Source: Acidobacteriota bacterium (GTDB lineage Bacteria; Acidobacteriota; CAIWXX01). From it: a DNA stretch of 64,000 bases. The notes beneath the pieces are model-generated. The model had not been told where the DNA came from. It was given only the letters and a program-made list of their open reading frames with translations, and searched no databases. Below, one piece after another: positions 48,408-58,449 of this stretch (position 1 is its first letter; each line of letters starts with the position of its first letter). Made by a program: the position numbers and the translations under genes. Location of the stretch: positions 93,556 to 157,555 of the forward strand of contig JBFMAF010000040.1 of assembly GCA_040755995.1 (NCBI GenBank), given 5' to 3'.

Positions 48408-48751
48408 AGCCCGCCGGACCGCTCTGCGGCGAGGTGTGGCTCGTCGACCTGAATCCGGTGCGTGGTCATGAGCAGGCGGGGAAACGCCCGGCTCTAGTGG
48501 TCTCGGTGGATCTCTTCAACCGGGGACCCGGCGGGCTTGTCGTAGTCCTGCCGATAAGCTCGAAACCGAAGGGTGTGCCGTTTCACGTGGCGGTGCCCGC
48601 GTCCGAGGGTGGGCTGCGTCAGCCCAGCTTCATCAAGTGCGAAGACATACGGTCTGTCGCCAAGGAGAGGTTGGCCCAGAGGCTCGGCGCGGTTTCGGGC
48701 GCGACGATGGACGAGGTACAGGATCGACTGCGTATACTGCTCGATCTCTGA
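48404..48751 (+). CDS. MazF/PemK-family endoribonuclease toxin
   Basis: GEVWLVDLNPVRGHEQAGKRPALVVS, CEDIRSV.KERL. Confidence 0.92.
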   Translation: MKPAGPLCGEVWLVDLNPVRGHEQAGKRPALVVSVDLFNRGPGGLVVVLPISSKPKGVPFHVAVPASEGGLRQPSFIKCEDIRSVAKERLAQRLGAVSGATMDEVQDRLRILLDL

Positions 48752-48882
48752 CCCCATAGCCGGGTCGCACTTGGCTCGCCGTAGCCCCCACCCGCGGGGG
48801 GAGGCCAGCGCGACGACCAGGATCTCCTTCCGCGCTGCACGCGGACCGACCGCGCTCGCGCCCTTCTCAGGAACGCCCCGCC

Positions 48883-50637
48883 CTACTTCGCCTTCGGCGC
48901 GTCCAGCGGCGGCATGTCGAGCGAAGGAGCGCGGAGTCGCTGCATGTTGAAACGCTCCAGAGGCATCTCTTCGATGAGCACGTCCGGTGCGACGATGCTG
49001 ACGGGGACGTCGTTGGAAAGGCCGTCGGGCGAGAGCCACTGGCCGAGAGTCGTCTCCCTGGTGGCAGCCACGATGTCCGACAGGACCCGTTCGTCGGCAT
49101 CCGAGAAGGTCAACCCCCAGACCGGCCGCCTCTCTCTCGTCTTCACGTCGAGCAGGTAGGCCTCACCGGGCTCGGAGATGAGTCTCCGCGAGGCCTGCTC
49201 GTCCCCGAAATACGACCGCGCATCATACCAATCCGTCCCGGGGAAATCCCTGAGCGCCGTGAGCACCAGAAGCTCTTCCTTCCCCTGTGCCTCCGCAACT
49301 TCGACAGCTCTGTCCAGGAACGCGCCGGCCGGCAGGCCCTGCTTGTCTTCGATCAAGAGGTTCGTTACCGCGGAATCCACATCGCTCTCGGGAAACGAGT
49401 AGACCGATCCGCGCGCGTGGCCGTTGGGCTCGGCATACTTCTTCGTTGCAGTCCGCCGCATGGGCAGAGCGACGAGCCTTCCCTGGTTCACCAGCTGCAC
49501 ATCCAGAGACCTGGCGCCTTCATCATCAACCGGCAGATAGCCTGCGAGGAGAACGTGGCCGAACTCCTTCAGACTCGGCCTGTCCCAGACGTCGAAGGAT
49601 GGCGGCAGTATCCTCTGGCCGAACCGTTTCGCCAGAAACCCCCGCTCGCCCTCCGAGCGCCTCGAATACATGCCCTCTCTGTCCGACAACGGTTCTCTCG
49701 CTGTCCCCAGCCCCCTCCCAAGAATGTCGAGGAATAGCCGGCAGGCGGCCTGGCCCGAGAAGACGACCGGTCCGACATATTCCTCGACCGGCTCAGCGGC
49801 ACGGCATGCCTGGACGTATCCCACCTTCTTCCGCACCTCTGCGAGCGCGGCGTCCGGCGAAGGCAGTTCGTTCGGCAGCCTCCGCACCCAGGATAGCTGC
49901 TGTCTCATCGGATACCAGTCATTGGTGAACACCGCCAGCCTGATTGTCAGCGTCACGAGCTGCTCGGGCCGCAGGTGCTGGTTCTCTTCGCTGTCGACAT
50001 AGTACTGCGAGCGGTCCACGATCTGCAGGTTCACCTGCCCCTCCGTAAGGAAGCTCTGCTGCCGCAACGCCTCGGAGAGCTTCCGAACGTACTCCTCGTA
50101 CGGTTCGATCTGAACCGCAGGGGCCGCGGGCAGGATCAGAGACGTCTTTTCAGCCGGTGGCAGAAAGTCTGCGGGGTAGTTCTCCTGCGGGTGCTTCTCC
50201 AGGTAGCCCTTCTTCTTAGACAACTGGCCCAGAGCCGACGTGTATGCGCGATCGATCGCCAGCCAGAATGCCTGGCGCAAGGACTTCTCATCATCCCCGA
50301 GTGGGATGTTCACACCGATGAAGTCGAGCTCGGAATAGTCGGGCTCCACCGCGAAGTTGGTCTGGTCCAGCGCGGGCGATCCGACCCGGACGATGGCCTG
50401 CGCCTGGCGCAGCCGCCATCTGTCCTCTGAGATTGCCGATCCGAACGCGGTGGAGAACCTCTGAATGGCGGAGTCGTCCATGCGGAGCGAGACGAAGTAC
50501 GGCGCATCCAGGCCTTCGATTCGCAGACGGCTCATTGCCCGCTGCACTTCCAGCTTCATTGCGTCGAGCACCTGGGGCGCGGAGGCCTGGGATGGCGTCG
50601 CCGAGGCGAGGAGAAGCAGGACAACCAGCCTTCTCAT
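48883..50637 (-). CDS. TldE/PmbA-like protein with signal peptide
   Basis: APYFVS, VRVGSPALD, YVGPVVF, VDDEG, NGHAR; no HExxH. Confidence 0.85.
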   Translation of the reverse strand: MRRLVVLLLLASATPSQASAPQVLDAMKLEVQRAMSRLRIEGLDAPYFVSLRMDDSAIQRFSTAFGSAISEDRWRLRQAQAIVRVGSPALDQTNFAVEPDYSELDFIGVNIPLGDDEKSLRQAFWLAIDRAYTSALGQLSKKKGYLEKHPQENYPADFLPPAEKTSLILPAAPAVQIEPYEEYVRKLSEALRQQSFLTEGQVNLQIVDRSQYYVDSEENQHLRPEQLVTLTIRLAVFTNDWYPMRQQLSWVRRLPNELPSPDAALAEVRKKVGYVQACRAAEPVEEYVGPVVFSGQAACRLFLDILGRGLGTAREPLSDREGMYSRRSEGERGFLAKRFGQRILPPSFDVWDRPSLKEFGHVLLAGYLPVDDEGARSLDVQLVNQGRLVALPMRRTATKKYAEPNGHARGSVYSFPESDVDSAVTNLLIEDKQGLPAGAFLDRAVEVAEAQGKEELLVLTALRDFPGTDWYDARSYFGDEQASRRLISEPGEAYLLDVKTRERRPVWGLTFSDADERVLSDIVAATRETTLGQWLSPDGLSNDVPVSIVAPDVLIEEMPLERFNMQRLRAPSLDMPPLDAPKAK

Positions 50638-52307
50638 CTCTCACCTCCCGCGAGCGGTGACGGCAGAATCGGCGGCTTCACCATGTCCTTCTCCTTCTTC
50701 TCCACCTCGACCTCGCCCACCAGTATCGATGGCGAGACGGCGCTCACAGGAACCCCGCCCGACTCCGCACCGCACACTCCGTTGAACACGTCGTAGTCGT
50801 CGTAGGCGGCGACGATCTTCTCGAGCGCGGCAAGCGGCGTCCCGACTATGTCCGCTCCGCGAACGAGCTCGTCGAGCCTCCCATCGGTGTAGACCCTGTA
50901 GACCTCGAGCGGGATCACCTTGAATGCCTGCAGAAACCGGCCGGTCATCGTGAAGCCGCCGGATATGTCGGAAAAGATCAGGCCATAGGGCTTCCCCTTC
51001 TGGCGGCAGAGATCAATCAGCATCTCCCTGGCCTTCGGGGACGGTATCGTCTCGGAGGTGAGAGCCATGAGATTGCCCTGTCGCGCGACTGGCCTGCGGC
51101 CCAACGTCCCCCGGCCGTGGCCGTTGGTGTCGGCGAAGCCGGTGATCGGGGAGCGTCCCATCAAGAAGCCTTTCAACACGCCCTTGTCGACGAGGCTGAC
51201 TCTCTGCGCCCTGGCCCCTTCATCGTCGTAGAGATAGTGACCAAGCAGCGGCTTGCCCTGGAAGTGATCCATTGTGGGATCATCTACAAGGCTCATGAAC
51301 GGAGGCAGCACGGGCTGGCCGACCTTCTTCGTAAAGGTCTGGCCCTCCTGCTCGCTCTTCTGCCGGTGCCCCTCCAACCTGTGCCCCATCACCTCGTGAA
51401 AGAAGACCGCGGCCGCCTTGGGCATGAACAGAGCGGGTCCGACATACGGCTCGACGGCCGGCGCCCGGCGGAGCTGCACGAGCTTCTCAGCGAGGCCGCG
51501 CGCGGCCTGCTCGAGATCCTGCTGCGACGGCAGCTCGGCTTCCGTGAGCCCCTGGAAGGTCTGATGGAGAAACAGCGGCATGCCGTCCTCCGATCGTGTC
51601 GCCCCCGTGATATACACTCGCAGCTGCGTCACGGGGTGCCGCAGAATGGTGCCCGTGGAATCCACGAAAAATTTCGTCGTCGTCTCGGCCTGGAAGCTGG
51701 CCGATGATATGTAGATAGTCGGGTAAGCCCGGAATACGCGGCTGACGGCACGCAGAATAGAGGTCCACTTCTCCTTGTTCACCCGCAATTCAATACGCGC
51801 GCGGAGATCCTGCGATGGTTGGATCAGGGAGAAGTCCGGTGACCGGTCCTCAGCCTGGGCCTTCACGGTGTCGTCAGCCGTCACGGTCTGGTAGCGCTCG
51901 ACCGCCGTGCCGAGCTGCTTCTGCGTGAGCAGCCAGAGTTTCCTGCGGACCAGCGCCTCGTCATCCTCCAGAGGAAGGCTCTCCGTCGGCGAGTAGTAAC
52001 CCCAACCACCGAATCTCTCTCGCGCCTTGAGCTCGTGCGTGTTGTCGAGCTCGGGCGAGCCCACGCGAATGATCGCATCGGCTCTCCGGGAGCGAGCCAC
52101 ATTCTCCCCGGTGACCTCGCCCAAAGTCGCCTCGATCGAAACACCATCCTCTTCTTCCGCCCTGTACGCGAGGTAATACACCGGCGGCGAGTTCTCCTTC
52201 AGCACCTGGTACTCTCGTTCCACCTCCGTCTTCAACGCCCTCAAGAGCGGATCGCTCTGGTTCGATGCGGGGATGGCGAGCAGAATCGGCAGCAGCGCAG
52301 TCAGCAT
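50634..52307 (-). CDS. tldD: TldD-family metalloprotease with signal peptide
   Basis: FFHEVMGHRLEG, YDDEG, NGHGR, CGAESGGVPVS. Confidence 0.88.
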   Translation of the reverse strand: MLTALLPILLAIPASNQSDPLLRALKTEVEREYQVLKENSPPVYYLAYRAEEEDGVSIEATLGEVTGENVARSRRADAIIRVGSPELDNTHELKARERFGGWGYYSPTESLPLEDDEALVRRKLWLLTQKQLGTAVERYQTVTADDTVKAQAEDRSPDFSLIQPSQDLRARIELRVNKEKWTSILRAVSRVFRAYPTIYISSASFQAETTTKFFVDSTGTILRHPVTQLRVYITGATRSEDGMPLFLHQTFQGLTEAELPSQQDLEQAARGLAEKLVQLRRAPAVEPYVGPALFMPKAAAVFFHEVMGHRLEGHRQKSEQEGQTFTKKVGQPVLPPFMSLVDDPTMDHFQGKPLLGHYLYDDEGARAQRVSLVDKGVLKGFLMGRSPITGFADTNGHGRGTLGRRPVARQGNLMALTSETIPSPKAREMLIDLCRQKGKPYGLIFSDISGGFTMTGRFLQAFKVIPLEVYRVYTDGRLDELVRGADIVGTPLAALEKIVAAYDDYDVFNGVCGAESGGVPVSAVSPSILVGEVEVEKKEKDMVKPPILPSPLAGGER

Positions 52308-52584
52308 GTGGTCCCCCTTGTGCACATATTCCCTTGGCCCAGGTGATTCTATCGAGCGCTTCATGGGTCCACAATAGCGTTGTAGGGGGTTGCAGGGTCG
52401 ATGCCGCCGGACTGGCCGTTTGGCCATCCCTGTCTGCGGTGCTATCATGCCTTATGTGTCCTTCATACTCGGACGGCGCCGGCACGGTGCGCCGCCTGTG
52501 GTGACACCCGCGACATCCACGAATCAATGAAGGGGAGCGCGGGAAGATGTGTCGAATCATATGTACGCAGTTGAAGGAGGAACC

Positions 52585-55500
52585 ATGGCACCCAGGCTCA
52601 GACACGGCCTCGCACTACTACTGTGGTCCATTGCCGCGATCATGTTCTCGCACGTCACCTCCGCCGTCGCCGCAGATTGGGAGAGTCCAGGTGGGGCTGG
52701 AAGCTATGCGCTTAAGCAGCCCGATCCCGGCGTGAACCCGCTCGGCGGGTCCGTGTCCATCCACCCTCCGCGCGTCGGCCCAAGCCTGAATCCCGATCGA
52801 ACATACACCAGGAAGGTCCCCACGAGCGACTGGTGGAGCCCTCTCGTGTGGGTGGATCCCGCAGACGGATGGAACGTCACCATGCCGAACGCCGCGCAAG
52901 AGGCGTTGTGTTGGTCAGCCTTCCCGGACCCCCTCAAGATCCTGCCGAAGAAGGGTGGACTCTCCATTTCGTACAACGTGCCAGACAGCCGGAGGCAGGC
53001 AGATGTGGGGAACGGACAGCAGCAGGCGGGCGCAGGGTTCATGCTGGAGGTCGTGGGGAACTCGCCGGTCTCCTCGCCCGGCATCTCGCCGTACTTCGTC
53101 GGCCTGCCTTCCGACGACATCTACGCCGGCTCAACGGCGGCTGGGTGGAGCGAAGCCGCGTACTCGTCGGTCTACGTTGATGACTGGAGCGACTGGTTCA
53201 TGCGGTTCATGATGACGGCCGGTGCATCCGGAGAGAAGCTCACGATCACCTCGGGCATCGGCTGGCCGTTCGTTCTGGTGAAGCTGCTGAAGGGGCGGCC
53301 TCAGGTCGCGTTCAACTGCTGGAACGTCGGCACGGTCGTGCCTCTGAGCGGCAGCCCGACGACGCTGGGTCGAGGGGACGTCATGAGAGGCGGGCAAGTA
53401 TTCAGCGAGGCGTTTGCGCTGGTCAACAAGGTGCCGTTCCCGAAACCAGATCTGCCTGCGACTGCCACGGCATACGACCTCTACGTGATCTACGCGGTGT
53501 TCGGACCGAGCGGATCGACATGGACGTTCAAGTCCGTTGCAGGGCCGACTCCACCGATAGGCGAATGTTCCACCGGAGACCACTACACCATAGCGATCCT
53601 CCCTTACGCGTATCCCAAGGGACTCTATGACCAGCCGGATTCGACGCTGGTCCAACAGATCCTCAACCGGTACGCTCAGTATGCCTTCGCAGAGGTTGTC
53701 GACAGCCAGGTAGCACCATCCGTCGACGTGGACGGTTCCAAGGAAGATGTGCGTGTCTCATTCTCGTTCACGACTGCCAATGTCGCAGCGCAGGGCATTG
53801 ACAGCGGCTCCGGCGGCACCCTGTACGCGCTCTACCCGCACCACTACGTCGGCCAGTCGGGTGTGGACGTCCTGAGCCAGTCGTTCGAGCATACCGGGGC
53901 CGGCAAGCTCGACAACGCATGGTGGTGGCCGACGCTGAAAGGAGCGATGCTGCTGGCCGAAGGGACTGGGTTCGTGAACAAGCTGGAGGTGCCGCCATGC
54001 CTCCCCGCACCAATCACGAGCGTCTCGGACCAGGACGCAGCTACGGCCGCGCGACTCATCCAGCAGGCGCTCGACTCCCAGCCGTCCGAGTCGCTCTTTC
54101 TCTCCAACGGCAGCTACTTCGGCGCGCAGATGATGTACCGTCTCGCAATGCTGCTGCCGATCGCGGCGCAGCTGCAGCAGCGCACGCCACCGGTTGACAC
54201 GAGCGCCGTTCAGAAGCAGTTGTATGACACGCTGACCGGGCAGTTGGGATATCGGCTGCAGGCGGTGAAGAACAACGCCCTGAAGAACGCTGCGGAGCAC
54301 GTCCTCTACTACGATTCACGCTGGGGGGCGCTGATTCCCGTCCCGGAGGACGGCTTCGCCGCCGACCTCTATCTCAACGACCTGCACTTCCATTCCGGAT
54401 ACTACATCAAGGTCGCTACCGAGATCGCGCGTTACGAGAAGTCGCATGGGATATCGGGCGCGGCGTCCTGGGCATCGCAGTACGCGCCGATGATCAAGCT
54501 TCTGATCAAGAACATCGCAAACTTCAACAGGCAGGGCACTGGCGCAGGCCCGGATTTTCCGTTCCTTCGCAACTTCAGCCCGTACGTCGGGCACTCGTGG
54601 GCCAACGGTGCGTCGCGCGGGGATACCGGGGCCGACCAGGAATCATCTTCCGAAGCGATGAACGCGCTGAGCGCGCTGCTACTCTGGGCGCAGCTAGACT
54701 ACCCGGCCGATACTGCCTTCAACAACTCGCTCGAACAGTGGGCATGCTACATGCTGGCCTCGGAGGCGAGGGCGCTTCAGCTTTACTGGTTCGGGTTCAC
54801 CTTCGATCCTGCGGATCAGGCCGTTGTCGGCTTCCGCTCCTTCGAGAACAAAAGCGACAACGTACCGAAGCCGTATCTGCCCAACATCGTCTGCCAGGTG
54901 AAGCAGAACCAGATGGCGTTCCAGACGTATTTCGGCAACTACCCGCTCAGCAAGTATGCCATCCAGTGGATTCCCCTTGTGGGCTCGTCGATGTACCTGG
55001 TATATGATCTCGGACACGTCGACGACGTGGTCGAGGAGTATCTGAAGAAGGATTACCCGGCGCTCTCGGCTGGGGCGACACCGATCGCTTACAAGGATCA
55101 GCTGTTGATGTATGAGGCGCTCAGCGAATCGTACACGAGCGATCCCGAGACCCTCGTGACTTCGACAGGAGGTGCCATGCCCCTGGACGGCTGGAAGATG
55201 GCGTGGGAGCCCGGTGGGGCGACCTACGACAACATGATCACACAGTACAGCTCTCAGGCGCACATCTTCTGGTGGATCAAGGCGCTCGTGAAGAACGGCC
55301 ATCCCGACCACACGGCAAACGGAGCCGATAGCTCCTCTGCGCTCGCATACAAGGATCACGCACAGCTCGATCTCGCGGCCGGCGCCGGAGGCAGGCACAG
55401 AGGAACGGTCTACACTGCATACAACCCGCACGACTATGCCATGCGAGTCAAGTTCGCCGATGGTCACAGGATGAGACTCTCACCGATGGAGTTTGCAGTG

Positions 55501-55776
55501 CACCAATCGAGCTCGGGCGGAGGTTCCGTCATCGAGTCGGTGGGCAGCAAGCGTGGGAGACCCGGGGACTCGGCGTGGATAGTCGGGAGTGGATTCTCGA
55601 CCAGAAAGGACGCCAACAAGGTCTTCTTCGGCGATATCCCTGCGGATGTGAAAAGGGCGAGCCGGACGAGGCTCACGGTGATCATCCCGAGGGAATGTGC
55701 CCGAGGGCAGTCATATCAAGTCGTTGTCATGGTCGACGGTCGGACGAGCAACTCGGTGCCTTTAGAAGTGAGGTGA
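52585..55776 (+). CDS. Secreted GH81 endo-beta-1,3-glucanase with C-terminal IPT/TIG domain
   Basis: PTSDWWS, LNDLHFHSGY, LRNFSPYVGHSWANG, QESSSEAMNA; GAAGGAGG RBS. Confidence 0.9.
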   Translation: MAPRLRHGLALLLWSIAAIMFSHVTSAVAADWESPGGAGSYALKQPDPGVNPLGGSVSIHPPRVGPSLNPDRTYTRKVPTSDWWSPLVWVDPADGWNVTMPNAAQEALCWSAFPDPLKILPKKGGLSISYNVPDSRRQADVGNGQQQAGAGFMLEVVGNSPVSSPGISPYFVGLPSDDIYAGSTAAGWSEAAYSSVYVDDWSDWFMRFMMTAGASGEKLTITSGIGWPFVLVKLLKGRPQVAFNCWNVGTVVPLSGSPTTLGRGDVMRGGQVFSEAFALVNKVPFPKPDLPATATAYDLYVIYAVFGPSGSTWTFKSVAGPTPPIGECSTGDHYTIAILPYAYPKGLYDQPDSTLVQQILNRYAQYAFAEVVDSQVAPSVDVDGSKEDVRVSFSFTTANVAAQGIDSGSGGTLYALYPHHYVGQSGVDVLSQSFEHTGAGKLDNAWWWPTLKGAMLLAEGTGFVNKLEVPPCLPAPITSVSDQDAATAARLIQQALDSQPSESLFLSNGSYFGAQMMYRLAMLLPIAAQLQQRTPPVDTSAVQKQLYDTLTGQLGYRLQAVKNNALKNAAEHVLYYDSRWGALIPVPEDGFAADLYLNDLHFHSGYYIKVATEIARYEKSHGISGAASWASQYAPMIKLLIKNIANFNRQGTGAGPDFPFLRNFSPYVGHSWANGASRGDTGADQESSSEAMNALSALLLWAQLDYPADTAFNNSLEQWACYMLASEARALQLYWFGFTFDPADQAVVGFRSFENKSDNVPKPYLPNIVCQVKQNQMAFQTYFGNYPLSKYAIQWIPLVGSSMYLVYDLGHVDDVVEEYLKKDYPALSAGATPIAYKDQLLMYEALSESYTSDPETLVTSTGGAMPLDGWKMAWEPGGATYDNMITQYSSQAHIFWWIKALVKNGHPDHTANGADSSSALAYKDHAQLDLAAGAGGRHRGTVYTAYNPHDYAMRVKFADGHRMRLSPMEFAVHQSSSGGGSVIESVGSKRGRPGDSAWIVGSGFSTRKDANKVFFGDIPADVKRASRTRLTVIIPRECARGQSYQVVVMVDGRTSNSVPLEVR

Positions 55777-55800
55777 TGTGACGGGCAGGCCGCTCGATTG

Positions 55801-55872
55801 ATCCGCCGATTCGCTGGATTTCGCAGATCGGGTCATCTGCGGAATCTCATGAATCCGCGTCATCCGCGGATT
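55801..55872. repeat. Inverted pair of ~9-bp tandem arrays
   Basis: atccgccga ttcgctgga tttcgcagat / atctgcgga atctcatga atccgcgtc atccgcgga. Confidence 0.65.
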
Positions 55873-55966
55873 CATCGGCCCCGGCGCCTCGGCGCCTGCC
55901 GCCGGTTGAATCGCGCGGCTGAGACGGTTATGCTGCACTCAGATGGCTGGGCAAGGAGTCGTCGGA

Positions 55967-57397
55967 ATGATGGATGTCACGGCTACGGCTAACGACTACC
56001 TGGAGAAAGCCGCGCTGGCGGCAGCGGAGTTCCAGGAGCTGGATCAGGAGCAGACGGATCGCATCGTCGAAGCCGCCTACAAGGCTGGGTTCGGCCAGCG
56101 CGTCCGCCTCGCGAAGATGGCGCATGAGGAAACCGGTTTGGGCGTATGGCAGCACAAGGTCGTGAAGAATGCTCTGGCTACCCAGCTGGTGTATGAAAAC
56201 ATCAGGCGCGTGAAGACGGTCGGGGTGTTGAGCGACGACGAGATGACGGGAATCACCGAGATCGCCCAGGCGCTGGGGCCGGTGTTCGCCGTCACGCCCG
56301 TGACTAACCCGACTTCCACTGTGATGTTCAAGATCCTGATCTGCCTGAAGACCCGGAATCCGATCATCGTCAGCCCTCATCGGCGATCCAGGAAGTGCAG
56401 CGTCGAAGCCGCGCGGGTTTGCTACGAAGCCGCGCTCAAGGTGGACGCGCCCGAGAATTGCATCCAGGTCATCACCGAGGGGTCCCGCGAACTGACGCAC
56501 GCCATCATGTCGCACCGCCGGCTGGCCCTGATCCTGGCGACCGGCGGAACCGGACTGGTCCACGAGGCGTACAGCTCGGGCACGCCGGCCCTCGGCGTCG
56601 GTCCCGGCAACGTTCCCGTGTTCATCGATCGGAGCGCGGACATCCCGTTTGCCGTGCAGTGCATCTGCGCCTCCAAGACTTTCGACAACGGGACCATTTG
56701 CGCCAGCGAGCAGGCGGTCGTTGTCGAGAAGGCCATCGCCGACGCTGTCATCCGGGAGTTCGAGAGGCAGCACGCGTACTTTCTCACGAACGAAGAGATA
56801 CCGAAGGTGGAGAAGATCGCCATCGACTCCTCGACCGGCGGGATGAGCCCGGAGGTGGTCGGGCAGTCGGTTGAGGCCATCGCCCGGATGGCGGGCATTT
56901 CTCTGCCTGCCTGCACCAAGCTGCTGCTGGCGCGGCTCAACCACGTAGGCAAGGACGCCCCGCTCTCGGGCGAGGTGCTGGCTCCCATCCTCGCCTTCTA
57001 CGTGTGCGAAGACTACGACCATGCGATCAAGACGTGCATCGAGCTGAACTACCTTGGAGGCATCGGGCACAGCGCCAGCATCTACGCCAATGACGAGGAG
57101 ACGATCAGGAGCTTCGCGGAGGTGATGAACGCCGGCCGTGTCCTGGTGAACACGCCGTCCTCCCAGGGCGCAGTCGGGAGCATTTTCAACACGCTGGCAG
57201 TCTCGCTGACGCTCGGCTGCGGCAGCGGCGGGAAGAACATCACGACTGAGAACGTCACCGCCCGGCACCTGATCAACATCAAGCGGATTTGTCGCCGGCG
57301 TCTGAATGCCAGATGGCTCGCCCTGGGAATGGACAAGATCCTCGACGAGAGCCTGGGCGCCGACGAGGTCTGGCGCCTGTACAACAGAAATCAGTGA
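55967..57397 (+). CDS. CoA-acylating aldehyde dehydrogenase (standalone AdhE N-domain type)
   Basis: [43 protein letters not shown]. Confidence 0.92.
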   Translation: MMDVTATANDYLEKAALAAAEFQELDQEQTDRIVEAAYKAGFGQRVRLAKMAHEETGLGVWQHKVVKNALATQLVYENIRRVKTVGVLSDDEMTGITEIAQALGPVFAVTPVTNPTSTVMFKILICLKTRNPIIVSPHRRSRKCSVEAARVCYEAALKVDAPENCIQVITEGSRELTHAIMSHRRLALILATGGTGLVHEAYSSGTPALGVGPGNVPVFIDRSADIPFAVQCICASKTFDNGTICASEQAVVVEKAIADAVIREFERQHAYFLTNEEIPKVEKIAIDSSTGGMSPEVVGQSVEAIARMAGISLPACTKLLLARLNHVGKDAPLSGEVLAPILAFYVCEDYDHAIKTCIELNYLGGIGHSASIYANDEETIRSFAEVMNAGRVLVNTPSSQGAVGSIFNTLAVSLTLGCGSGGKNITTENVTARHLINIKRICRRRLNARWLALGMDKILDESLGADEVWRLYNRNQ

Positions 57398-57423
57398 CGG
57401 CCCGCCCGGGCGGAGAAGAGATC

Positions 57424-57780
57424 ATGGTGAAATGCAATTTCGACGTGGCGACTGAGACAGTGACCTGCACATTCGAGGGGCGTATGGACGCACACGCCAC
57501 CGCCGCGGATGATCCGGTGATACGACGAGTCCTGGCCGGGAGTTCCAAGGTGGAGCCTGCAGACGCACCCTTCGTGCCGCCAGAACCCGGCCCACCGCGG
57601 CCGGCGCGCGTCATCTTCGATCTGAAGGATGTCGATTTCGTTTCCTCCGGCTTCTTCAAGATGTGCATAGCTATCGCGAAGGAGATGGGGGAAGGCAGGT
57701 TCGCCGTTCAGAATACGCGCCCCCTGGTGGAGAAGGCCTTCAAAGTGGCGGGAATCGACGGCCTGTTCGAGGTCGGCTGA
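57424..57780 (+). CDS. STAS-domain protein (anti-anti-sigma type)
   Basis: EGRMDA, VIFDLKDVDFVSSG, VEKAFKVAGID. Confidence 0.8.
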   Translation: MVKCNFDVATETVTCTFEGRMDAHATAADDPVIRRVLAGSSKVEPADAPFVPPEPGPPRPARVIFDLKDVDFVSSGFFKMCIAIAKEMGEGRFAVQNTRPLVEKAFKVAGIDGLFEVG

Positions 57781-57904
57781 TCCAAGGCCGCGACCGACGC
57801 AGGCTCTGCCGGCCTGGAATCCCGGCATCGGGCGTGGACGCGATCGCTGCGGCGTCTTCAATCGCGTCCGACTGCCGCCGGCAGGGGCGCGGCACGCCGT
57901 GAAA

Positions 57905-58339
57905 CTACTTAAGATGGCTCTCGATCGCGAACTCACCTGCCGGCCAAACTGTGCCCTTCCCCTCTCGTACGGCCTCGATCGTCGCCTCCAACGATCCCTT
58001 CTCGATACCGTTCGCGCGAGCCACTGCCTTGAGCCATGTCAGCTCGCCGGGACCGATTTGACCGTCAACGAGGGCCAGCCGGATCGCGTCGTGCACGAAG
58101 CATTCGGCGATTCCCCTGTCCGAGAATCTGAAAGGTTTCTCGCTGAGATGCGGATTCTTCAGAAGGTCGTCTATTGCGGCCTCACAGAACCGAGGGTCGA
58201 AGTCGAGCAGCCTGCCGAGGCGCATCAACAGCTCGCGTTCTCGAGAATCGAGCAGCTGGTCCTTCCGGGCGAGAACGAGCAGCCCCCTGTAGTAGTGACT
58301 CCGGTCCAGGAACGACATTTTCATCGATCTTCTCTTCAA
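57905..58339 (-). CDS. TerB-family-like protein
   Basis: LVLARKDQLLDSRERELL and LALVDGQIGPGELTWL. Confidence 0.75.
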   Translation of the reverse strand: MKRRSMKMSFLDRSHYYRGLLVLARKDQLLDSRERELLMRLGRLLDFDPRFCEAAIDDLLKNPHLSEKPFRFSDRGIAECFVHDAIRLALVDGQIGPGELTWLKAVARANGIEKGSLEATIEAVREGKGTVWPAGEFAIESHLK

Positions 58340-58449
58340 TATGCGCCGAGTCCCGAATCTAACACCGATTCTTGCACTGGTCCAGCGCTTCGCCGTTGCA
58401 TTCCGGCTGCACAGTCGTGTAGGTTCATGATGGAACGGAGGAGAACTAC

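Noticed and set aside
45434..48751. Run of small genes and TA pairs as an integron cassette array
   Set aside because: No recognisable attC sites or integrase; genes overlap or are closely spaced
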